A stretch of 64,000 bases of DNA from Thalia democratica (taxonomy: Eukaryota), in the NCBI GenBank assembly GCA_965202585.1, contig OZ241830.1, positions 44,888,001 to 44,952,000 on the forward strand. The letters run 5' to 3'. The notes beneath the pieces were generated by a model. That model was not told the DNA's origin, ran no database searches, and saw only the letters and a list, made by a program, of their open reading frames with translations. Position 1 is the stretch's first letter. Every line of letters begins with the position of its first letter. Made by a program: the position numbers and the translations under genes. Below, piece by piece: positions 24,301 through 35,479 of this stretch.

Positions 24301-25567
24301 ATTGTAGAAGAGTATCTGATCATTTAAAGAGTATTATATAGTATAAATTTTTATCTATTATTTCATCAAGTTCATATTTCGGTTTAAAAGTGAAGAAAAC
24401 ACTCAATTAATAAAAATATTTGAGGATGTTTGTATGAAAAACGAATAAAAAATTTAGTGTTTAAGATGATAACGTATAAACATATAATCTCAATAATCAA
24501 CAATACTAAGAACAGAGTGCTTTTTGTGACTTTCTAGGTTGTTATGTTAAAACTAGTTTTGTCAGAAGTTATACAATAAGCATACCAATAATATTGTTAC
24601 AGGAAATCTTACCAGACGTGTACTGCTTTAACGGCGACTCTGGGAATTGGCACATCATGTCATCATTAATAACACCCCGATTTCTCACCAGTGTTGCCGT
24701 TTCTCCTGTGAGCAAAGACAGTAACGAGGAAAGCATATATGTTTTAGGAGGAATTGGAAGGATTGGCTTACACAGCAGTTTAGAGGTGATGAACGTGTGT
24801 TAAAAAGTCATTCATCGTTAATGTTTTTTATTGTGGTTGTAAATAATATTGCATTAACTTAATTTATTTTTTTACCCAGTAATCTAATATTTCAAAACCT
24901 AATCGAAAATTCATGTGAGTTATGATTATTACTGAAAAAGCTCTAATTAATATTTTAGCACATATAAACTAACGAATATTTTACAAGTGCATCATTTATT
25001 TTTTCTGAGTAGGTGTTAAAAGGAGCAAGGTTAAGTTCCAAATGGAAAAGCTTGAAGAATTTTCCAGAAAGAAGATGCGCTCAAACACTTGCATTCTTTG
25101 ATGATGAATTATACGCTTTTGGAGGTCACATCACAGCAAGGTTTCTCAAAAAGAAAATCTTAGTTTTGTAACTTTTCAATGCTTAAATTTACTATTATAT
25201 ATATTTTTGGTAAAATAATATGTTTTGAGGAACTAAAAATTATGGATAAACTGTAAGTCAAGTTTGAAACATAGTTTTTAGATAACTTCGACAAAGTTTC
25301 AAGAAAAAAAAGATTTAGTTTTTTTATTACATACATACAAAAAAACTAAAAAATAATTTACACAACTACTGGATATGCAGGATGCAAACAGGCCGGTACG
25401 AGTCTTGTGCGAGATTTGATTTTTATAAATTCAATCCGCATGGTGGAGAAGAAGGAAAGGGGAAATGGAGTTGTGAGGTTGGTAAAGTCGATTGTCTCAC
25501 CAGCTTGTATGCTGCTTGCACTAAAGTACAACTTGATCTATGCAAAATTGACGATAATGAATACTAG
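18352..25567 (+). CDS. BTB-BACK-Kelch protein (KLHL/KBTBD family, putative CUL3 adaptor), about 660 aa
   Basis: Exons 18352-18494, 18931-19129, 19455-19679, 19863-20009, 20629-20782, 21048-21177, 21522-21679, 21803-21964, 22243-22412, 24603-24785(or 24794), 25013-25140, 25381-25567; phases consistent. BTB (FTDVTLVVEG..CHRVVLAASCEYFRAMF), BACK (NEEIIYESVLNWIAHD), Kelch repeats (VYLLGG, VYVMGG, IFVIGG, IYVLGG, LYAFGG). Confidence 0.93.
23597..24222. mobile_element. MITE with subterminal TTGCACGA arrays (family M4) in Kelch intron 9; related copy at 45232-45440
   Basis: Many TTGCACGA units at the left and TCGTGCAA units at the right, GGG...CCC ends. The central gggtaagggttagggg motif also occurs, reversed, at about 43630-43680. 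Confidence 0.8.
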
Positions 25568-26989
25568 AATTCCCTGTAAAATTTTTAACAACAAGATGTT
25601 TTTATAATTTTATCTATGCAGTTTGTTGTTACATTACATTTGAACTATATAGGTGTTGTTATTTTTATACAGTAGAGTTTTGTAAAAAAATGTATAAACT
25701 GTATAAAAATGTGATTGATTGTCAACCATATCATTATATTCATACTTAACACTTCTTGAAAAAACTCAATATATGAAAATAAACAAGTATTTATCTATAG
25801 CAGAAACTTAAGATAATAATAAAATACTTCACAAAACAAATACAATTATGTAGATAAATTGCAACTGAATTTTTACTAACAAACAGCTATAAGTTTAAAA
25901 GCATAAGAAAGTTACAAACAATAAATTCCATTCATTTTTATTATTTTTAGAATACTGTAGTGTGGTCTATCATAGTTTAGAAAAACTTAATCTAAAAATT
26001 AACAAGCTTTATAAATATATAGCTACTATATTCAATAGATACAAAGTAGAAATTTTAGGTTCTATGGCAGTTAGTTTACTACCATTTTGAATTAAGAGTT
26101 GCACGACAATTCGAATTCTTAAGAAATATTCAAACAGCCACAACTTAAAAAGTAAGACATATTTAAATAAATTAAACAAAAAAAATCGGAATGATTAATA
26201 AGACTACAATAGCAAAAAAAATAAAAAAAAGTATATTAGAAGAGTCCTAAAAACTACTATACCTTTAAAGCTACATTTCAAAATACAATTACATTAAAAA
26301 AAAAGAAGTGTTTTAGTTAGACTTACAACTAATTTTATTTATTTTTCATAAAACATGTAGTACTTTTTGAATTGTGGTCCCCTAAATATTTTTTCAAAGA
26401 ATCTTTATTGTCCAAATTTGAATAGTTTGCACCCGAATTAAGACTTAACTAATTTTGTGGTTACTAAGCTATATGTCTTTGTATAAACAAAAAGTTATAG
26501 TATATTGTTATTGGAAGTTTTAAAAGGCTTAAGGTACTATTCTATCGAAAATAAAATGCTTTTAAAAAATTCAAGACAAGTTTACTAAATGCTTAAAAAA
26601 GTAGAAACAAATGAGAAAATTATTTTTTCAACATACTTAAAACTAGTTAGTAACTATTTACTTTATACCTTGCTTCAAACATTTTGGAGTCATAATTTTT
26701 TTTGAAAACCAAAGACTGTATAATAAAATGTGCAAGAGGTACGATAGAGTTTATGTATTTTTTTCTAGTTTGGTATAAAATAAATTAAGTTGTAATCAGC
26801 TTACAAACAAAAAACGCGTATATTACTTAAATACTTAAAAGAAGGATCAAGTTAAGTTTTATGTTTGTAGATATAATAATAGCGAAGTTAAATCTTAAAA
26901 GCTTCTTACGAGGGAAGGATTAAAAAAAAACTAACCATACCAAAAATCAGGAAAATATTTGTATTTTACGCTAATTGTTTAGTTTAGAC

Positions 26990-29900
26990 CAGGGGTCGGC
27001 AGGTAGTTGGTGCTCGCGGGCCAAATTTCGAATTTACAAAGTCTTCGCGGGCCGCAGTTTTAGTTTTAGTGACATTTGAATAATATTTTGGTTTTAGTCA
27101 AACTAGAGAAAGGTTTACTTTAAATCACTTTATTAAACTAAATAACTTTTCGCTATACATATAATGACTACTTAAATTAAAATAAATTATTAGAATAAAA
27201 CTTACATTGACTAATATCCCTAAGTCTTAATAAACTATGTACTTTCTTAAGGACTTAATAAGTTAAACTTAATATTTTTGTAATTTTAATTACAACCTAG
27301 CTCTCTATAGAAAACGAGCTTGAAAGACATTTATGGGTACTTTTATACAATTTTTATATTTTTAACCCTTTTTTCATACTTCTAATAATTTTCAATATTT
27401 TTTTTTGTCTTAAATAGCTTACGCTTTTTAAAAAACTCATTTATTAGCTAACTATAAAAACATACCTATTTTTACTGAGAAAGCTAAAACAAGTATATTA
27501 ACATAACTAATTCTCGAATATTTTAATAAAACATCTTATTAGTAATAAACTAGTATGCTATATGGTTGTCACTTAAAAAAAATATTTAAGTTATATTAAA
27601 CATTTACAAGTTTATTAAAAGCTCAAAAGCTAAAAACTTGCTGATAATCAAGCTTAAATACCTAATTAATTTATCATCATTATAATAAAGTACACAATAT
27701 TTAAGATGACAAAAAAAAAATTATAACTAGTAATTTACATTACAGTCATAAAAACTATTTTGATAATTTGAAGACTTATTCAAAGTGCTTAAAATAAAAG
27801 TATGACACACACCTGAGTTTTTAAAAAATGTCTTAAATAGGTTTAGCCTATTCTGAGTTTTTCAAATTTTTAAACATGCCTGTTTGTTTGAAAACACTGT
27901 TTAAAATTAAGAAGTAACGAACCTATTAACAGTGAATAATAAAATATATAGCAAAAAATGTTATAATTTAGTTTGAATGGACAAATAAGTGTATTAAAAA
28001 TCTTTAACAAAAGTATAAAAGTTTATTAAGCCAATAATGAAACAGAAAAACTTATTTTTATTGAGCATTATAGCAATTCTTTATCTGAAATAAAAATATT
28101 GAATTTAAAAGCGGTAACTATATAACAAACTATAAGAATTAAAAAACGGTAGTTAGGAGTTATTGCGAGAAACAAAAAAAAAAAACAAATCGTTGTAGTC
28201 AGTTGCAAAAAAGCTTATGATTATCTTCAGTAACTACTAACTGATCAAAGAAACTGTTAAGGAAAGCTATGAAGGAGCAAAACTAATTACTAAAAAGAAT
28301 GTGCCATTTAGAACTTTATCTTCTTAAGAATTTATGTTGGCGGTAATGAAAGATTTTCGTTTTTTATCAATGAAAATAAGAATTCTGTATAGAGGTGTTT
28401 TTACTAACTTTGATATTTTTGAAGAATCTCTAGGTTTAATTCCAATGCAAATCACAACAATACATTTTAAAAGCAAAGGTGCAACGCACCAATATAAAGT
28501 TTTTGAAAGTGCATTTTTTTTTCCTGCTTTTAGTATAAAATCAAATTAAAAGTAAAAATAACTTTCTTATATAAAATATCAGTATAAAAAAGATAATGTT
28601 AAGCCAATTAAGTGTGCTTTTTAATAAAAAACATTATTATGGTAAGTTTTTTGCTTCATATCGAGATTTCATTACTCTACATGTAAAATTTGTTTAAAAT
28701 TCCAGGTTTTTCAAAAATGCTCAAATTCAAGCTTTTTCCATATTTTTTAAGCATAAAATTCAAATTCCAAGCTTTTCTGGGATTTAAGTTTTTTGGTAAC
28801 ACTGATTTATTACACTTATATGAATACATTAATGGAAATAATATTTCAAATTATATCAGCTTCAAAATTTAAAACATATTATAATTCAAACCAACACTGT
28901 GAAATGAACAAAACATAAATCATAAGTTTAATTTGTAACTCTTTAAAGCAAAAAAGCCAGCCTGAGTGACAAAAAAACTAGTCTGATATTTTCGTATACA
29001 AAAAGTAATTCAAGCCAAAATCTAAAAAAAAAGACTAAATTGGCCTGAGATTTGAAATCTTCAAACAGTTTTGAATTTTAGTTTTTTTTATAAACAATGT
29101 ACAAACTTGATAAATTTACCATCCCTAAATCTAGTTTCTATTAAACAGGTAGTTCCAAAAAACAGCAATTGTGTATATTAGTATGCTTATGCAACGCAAA
29201 CAAATTAACTTAATTTACCATAAAACATTGTTTGAAAATGAAAAATGCATGCCTAACAAAAACTATTTTAATTTATGTCATACACACTGTAGACACACTT
29301 AGCCATTACATGTAGAAACAATAATCTTAGAAAGTTATCCATAAACTAAACTTACAATTAAGACAAAAGTTATATTGAGTTTATTACTTAACAATTATTT
29401 CACGCTAAAGCGATGATCACAAGTAAACAAACTTATATATTAAACTTAATCTAACTTAAGTATAAACATAAGCATGTTTATTCATTGGTGTACATAGAAA
29501 TTTATTTTAAGTGCAAACAAAATTTTAAAAAAATCAAAATGTATCAAGACTACAATAAAATAAACCTTATTTCTTATAATTTTGTTATTTTAAATGTTTT
29601 TATGCACACTCAAGCTTAACTTATAGTGAGAAGATATTTATAAAAGAAACTAAGGTATAAAATAAATGTTTCACAAAATACCTAAATTGTAAAGAAATAG
29701 TATTTTTGTTAATTACTGTGCATCACTTATGTCAATATGGAAATCATTTGCATTTAATTTATTTACTAAATAGGTTTTATATAAATAATTTACTAAATCT
29801 AAGCACTCTTTACACTTTTTTTCAGATAATAACTTGCTGTTGTAAGAAGAAAGCTGTTATTAAACTGAGAAAAAAAAACCTTGTTAGATTGCTAATCTGT

Positions 29901-30176
29901 CTTTTTCACATATTAAGTTATAGCAGTAAAGTCTATTAACTATTTTAAATTTTTATACAGGAACTTAAAACGAAATTTATCAAATTAAACCAGATTACCG
30001 AAAAAAACTTAACTTAAAAAATATTTTTGCTCAGCGGGCCACATTTACATGCTCGCGGGCCACAAAATTTTCTTTCGCGGGCCACATTCTATTCAAAAAA
30101 TAAACGTGTTCGCGGGCCGCAGATTTACCCCTCGCGGGCCGCATTTGGCCCGCGGGCCGCAGTTTGCCGACCCCTG
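26990..30176 (+). mobile_element. hAT (Charlie/SPIN-like) DNA transposon, internally deleted and decayed
   Basis: TIRs CAGGGGTCGGCA / TGCCGACCCCTG; perfect 8-bp TSD GTTTAGAC (26982-26989, 30177-30184); subterminal CGCGGGCC repeats; transposase remnants ESYEGAKLITKKNVPF and FDIFEESLGLIPMQITT at 28250-28460. Confidence 0.9.
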
Positions 30177-30332
30177 GTTTAGACTGTAGTTTAATTTTAT
30201 CTATTTATTTTGTATCATTATACTCTCTGTTTCATATCAAAATCATAAAGTAAACTGATAAATGATTATCTAACATAAAAATATTTTAGCTTGGAAAGTT
30301 TAAAAACATAACTACAGTGCTAGATCTTAAAT

Positions 30333-30632
30333 CAGGAGTCTGCAAACTGCGGGCCACGAGCGTGTTTTTATTATCACGAAAGCTTGATCACCTATACTTT
30401 TAACACGAAAATTTACCCCACAAAATAAAACTTTAAAACTTGCACTAGATATTTTTATTATGGTTATAAAAAATTAAGCATAAAAAAAGTAATTCTTAGG
30501 CACAATTTACGAAATTTGAAACTTATTCTAGACATTTTTAGTCTGTCCTGAAAAAAAAACTAAAACTACCACCCAAAAATATTTTTGTCTTCAACAGTTT
30601 TCCTGCAACCACCAAACGCCTGTCAACCCCTG
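30333..30632. mobile_element. Non-autonomous hAT element
   Basis: CAGGAGTCTGCAAACTGCGGGCC...AACCCCTG; flanks TCTTAAAT / TCCTAAAT. Confidence 0.7.
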
Positions 30633-32361
30633 TCCTAAATATACGAGTGTTAATCGGCTACGATTAAGTTTTAGAATGTCTTCAGAGCGTAAAAGTGTTT
30701 TAACTAAGTAGTGGTTACTTATGGTTAGTAATACTTTTATTGAAAAGAGAAACGTTAGAATACTAGCTGATTTTACTACACTTACTAAAATAAATTTGTT
30801 GATAATCTTTTTTAATGATAGTTTATTGAATAAGAATTTTAAAGCTGAATGCGTTTTAAACTAATTTATGCTTAAAAGTTTTTAAATTTTCTAAACAATC
30901 ATTTGATTTTTTTTTTTTAATTTTACCAGAAATAATAAACTTCATTACAAAAATTAGGTAATTAGAAAAACTTGTGTAAATTTAAGTAAAGTTGCACAAA
31001 AGTTACATAAAATAATTAAAATTATAAAAAAAAGTTTGTAAAATAAACTACTTATGACGTAAGGTGAGGCAGTTAGGGTCAGCTACTTTTTGTTATATTG
31101 AGTTGTTTTGTTTTAAATACAACTTTTTTAATTGGTAGTTGAACCAAAAAAGCTTCAAATAAGAGTTCAAGAACCGATTTTTTTACCAAGTTCAAGATAT
31201 GGAAAAAAAAACTAAATCAAGTAAGTATATTGCTTTATTCATACTAGTGTAAATTTTAATGTATCAAACAGTTTTTAAGCTTGTAAAAAGAAAGTATTAC
31301 TCAAGTTTTGTACACTTTACCTATTCAAAAAGCTTCAATCTAGGTTTATATAGCCTCATTAAAATAAAAACAATTTAAATTAAAGTTTGAACATAACATT
31401 AAATAACAATAGAAAAGCAACATACGACAAAAAATGTTTGAAAACTTCTAGTTGTGCTGAAAACTATCGTAAAGATTATTATTTATATGCTTGTAATGAG
31501 CTTAAACTCTAAACTCCTGTTTTAATTAATTAAAGTACTAAAATTAAAGATTACTTAGCAGAAAAAAGTTAACAAAACTAATTTATCTAATTAGCTTTTA
31601 TCTTTTTTGCTTAAATTTTCTATATGAAAACAATTTTTGTCTATATAAACTACACAATTTAAATGATCAGCAGACTTCAACAAAGATTTCAGGAACCAAA
31701 CGTATTAAAATTTTGAAAGTTTCTATACAATACTAACCACAACTACAGGTTTACGTTTTCAAAACTAATTTAAGTATCATTTAGTTCACAGTAAGTTGTG
31801 AGGAAAAAGTTATAAACTAAAGTTAAAGGTTAGTTTACTTTCTTACAAAGCTATAGCTTTAGAGAAGAAATTTAAAGTGTATTATACGCTTTTGCATTCT
31901 TATATGAGTAAAAAGTTGTTTACAGAAGATATATGAAATAGAAAGTAAACCAAGAAAAATGTTGCCAAAGTTTTAATAAAAATTTGTTGACTTCTTTGTT
32001 AACTTTGGATTTACTGTCAAAAATAAGTTGCTGAATTTAAAAAAAGAAGAAAAAAAGCAAGAGTTTGTTGTTCTTGCCAAGAACAAAAATGAAACTAAAA
32101 ACAAGGAATGGTGAATAGGTTGAATTAAAAATTTGCGAAGAATTCGGTTGTATGTAAAACTATTTAGAAATTTTGGTTCATACAAGTATACGATTTAGTT
32201 CTAGGAAAACAACTTTGAGCAAACTTTTGTACTTACAAAGATATTATAAGATTTAAAAAGGTTAACAGTTTTACAATTTAAAGTATAATAAAGAGAACAT
32301 AGAAACGTTTAAAACTCTGAAAAAGAAAAACGAAGTCGTCTTGAAGCTTATTTTATTATTG

Positions 32362-32476
32362 TTTACTGAACGACAAAAAAAATACGCTCAAAAAGTTTGT
32401 TCCAAGGACCTGGTGTACAAAAAACCTTTCGGTTATCGAGTCATACACCAGAACAGTTTAACGTCAAGCCCAGGAC
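32362..32476 (-). repeat. S1 copy E
   Basis: GTCCTGGGCTTGACGTTAAACTG..GGTGTATGACTCGATAACCGAAAGGTT..GTACACCAGGTCC..TGTCGTTCAGTAAA. Confidence 0.8.
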
Positions 32477-32898
32477 ATATTTAAGTAAAAAAAAGAACTA
32501 AATTAGTGGATTTGAAAGAAAAAATTGAACTATAGTTAGTAATTAAATTTCTTACTATCACTTTTTTTTCTTAAAACACTTCAAGTTAAAGTCACTTAAA
32601 AGTTAAAGAAGCAGAGCCAATAAGTTAATTTTTATCGACAATCTAACTTTAAAACATTTTAACATTATGAAGCTTTAGTCTTTTACCTTAATCATGCTTA
32701 CCGAACTAAAAATAATTTAAACAGACAAAATATTTTTCTAGTTTGGTGCAGTAAATTTATAATTAATAGAAAAACATCCAAGACATATAAATCTAAAAGG
32801 TTGTCCATGTTTTAAAAGTTAGATTTACTATGTAAGACTATCATTTTTCATAATACCATTACTATATTATCGATTTAATTAACATTATTTTTTTGCAG

Positions 32899-33990
32899 TA
32901 TCTAATTGGGTAAATAAAAAATTATTTACAAAGTGAGCACCTTTTACAAAGTGAAAAAGAGACGTTAAGTAATTCGAGAGCATTATAAGCACCTAATTAG
33001 TAACATTCACTAAAAGGCTGAAAAAAATAATTAGTGATTAAAAAGAAGTTTACAGAAAATTTATTAAAATCATAAAGGAAGATAATGGTTAATAAAGTTG
33101 CAATGGGAGTCTGTTGAGTACTTTTCTAATTCTAGATTTACAACCAAGTGTAAACTATTTGAATAAAAAATGTGAGAGACGAAAAGAAACAGTGAAAAGC
33201 AACACTTGTTGTTCGTACTAAGCATTCAAAGAAGCTCATATACAGATTTTTAAAAGTACGTTAATTTAGAATAAATAAGGATTCTGCTATGATCTGATAG
33301 TACTTAGAAATTTTGATTCTGACCAAGTATTTGAACTATTTCAAAACCGTACAGTTGGAGAAAAAAATAAAGTTTTTAAAAGCCAGAAAACTTAACAATT
33401 GAATGAATCCTAGTTAGAAAAAATAGAAACGTTAAATTTTGTGAGAAAAATCGAATTTGATTTAAAGATTGTTTACGCTAAATAAAAGCACTTTATACAG
33501 AATGATGAAAGTTTTACAAAAAATAACCGAAACAAAGTTAGTTGTTGTATAGCATCGAAAACATTTTTGTGGAATTACTTTTGTTATATAGAGGTAGAAC
33601 CAATAACTTATTTCTTATCAACAATGTAATCTTAAAAGCATATTAACTTTATGAGTTTTCAGTAATTTATCTACTTATATCATGATTACTTTTTAAAAAA
33701 TATTAAGTTCACAAAATCATTTCTAAATTAAGTACTCTGAGAAAAATTCAAAGTTGAAGAATATGCTTGTTAGAATTATTACAAATGAAAAAAAATACCA
33801 AGGTCATTGTTATTATTATGAATAATAAAACCAAAATTTTAAAGAACCCAAAACAAAGATAGATTTTTTTTTCAAAAGTTTTCCGTGTATTACGATATTT
33901 TTATATTTCAAGCAAGCAATTTTTGATGGTTACGTTCATGTTTTTGCAAAAAGTTGGTTTTATGAATGCTTTTTATCTACAACTTTTAAA
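32899..33990 (+). pseudogene. Decayed 2'-5' oligoadenylate synthetase (OAS)-like nucleotidyltransferase
   Basis: Manual translation across stops and frameshifts gives collinear OAS-like blocks: LSNWVNKKL, KIMVNKVAMG(G)S (33080-33112), GFCYDLIVLRNFD (33279-), ETLNFVRKIEFDLKIVYAK*KH (same spacing as OAS ELQRNFV..LKSLIRLVKH), VELLLLY (33569-33589), FPCI, FAKSWFYECF (33943-33972). Many in-frame stops. Acceptor ttttgcag at 32891-32898. Confidence 0.6.
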
Positions 33991-34860
33991 CTTGCCATTT
34001 AGATTAAATCTAACTGTCGATATTATGCATCTTAAGTTGCAAAACTATTTTTTTTTAATTTGAGCTTCTAAGAACTTTAAATCTAAAAGCTTATTCATGT
34101 AAGAATTAAAAAAAAAACTTTGCTTAAATTTTGAATTATATAAATGAAGTTCTAATAATTGTAAAAACGGTCAAAACTTTTCAAAATAAACTATTTTCAG
34201 ACGAAAACTTAATGATTTTTGTATATATAAGATATCGATTTGTTTTTAGTGGTATATAAGTTAATAAAAAAAATAGTATATATCTATGGTATTATTAATG
34301 AAACTTACTATTGATTGGTAGTTTATTAGCAAACTTTTTACTTATAATCTCAATGGTTTTTCTTAGTTCTGTTTGAAACGACATTAAAAGCTATCAAACT
34401 TTGCAGCTTTCTTTATATGTAAAGTAGCTTTTTTTAATTTATCCACACGGTACTTAAAAATTTATCAGTTTAGTAGAAAATAACACACACTTTAGCGAAA
34501 ACTTGTGCACCCTAAAAATTTAATGAACTTCAAAACGTGTTTTGTAAACACCAAGAAGACTACTAGTCTAGTCTATAGGTTTACAGTTGCAGTTAAAAAC
34601 AATTTATAAGAAACCAACAAAGAAGTTAAATTATTGTTTTAAGCAACATTTATTCAATAATTATAAAACCATTTAATTATATATTACTAAAATAATAATT
34701 TTTGTGCTTCATGACAAGATTTCTTAAGTTATATATCACACTGTGTTATGTTTTTTAGCATGTAGTTTTCTTCTTTTTATATATTTTGTTTTTTTAAGCT
34801 CAAAATTCTTAATGCTAATTTTTTTCGTTTGTTTTATAACACAAAAAAAGATGAGTTAAA

Positions 34861-34950
34861 TAGTTGGTTTATATTTCGATGACTGAAAGATCTTTCTATA
34901 CACCAGGTTCTTTGACCGAAGTTTTGAATTTTTTATTATGTCCATTAAAA
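34861..34950 (+). repeat. S1 copy F (degenerate)
   Basis: TCGATGACTGAAAGATC..TATACACCAGGTTCTTTGACC. Confidence 0.65.
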
Positions 34951-35479
34951 TAATTAAATTAAACGAATCTCATTTTTAGAGAAGAAAAAATTTGTGGAAT
35001 TGTAAATAAACATGAATAATTAAATTGAAATTCAAGAACAGTTAAATAAAATTCTATAATCAATAAATATTTTTGATATTCTTCGCAGAATTTTTTTAAG
35101 CGCATATCAGAAAAAAAAATTATCCTTAAATTTACAAATATTTTCAAGTAGAACAACAATGTTTCTCAATTTACAACTTATATACATACTTTTAAGGATT
35201 TATCTCATAAAGTAAGGGTGGGCAACGTACGGCCGGAGATGTTAAAATCACCGGGACGTATTTTGAAATCCAATGGAATCCGGCCCGCCAAGATAAATAT
35301 TACGAAATTTGTTCTAGTAAATTTAATGTAATACTCCAGCCCAGGGTTGCCTAAAATAGATGACTCAAAACACTTAATAAAAAAATTGTATATTTAACTT
35401 AAACTGTTACGCTCGAGTACATTTTAGTAAATAAGTTATTGTATTTATAAAATTAGTATTAATTCGGCTCAAGGTTATA

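Noticed and set aside
23528-24341. ORFs and a CRISPR-like look of the TTGCACGA arrays
   Set aside because: Irregularly spaced, inverted subterminal MITE repeats in a eukaryotic intron; no unique spacers and no cas genes.
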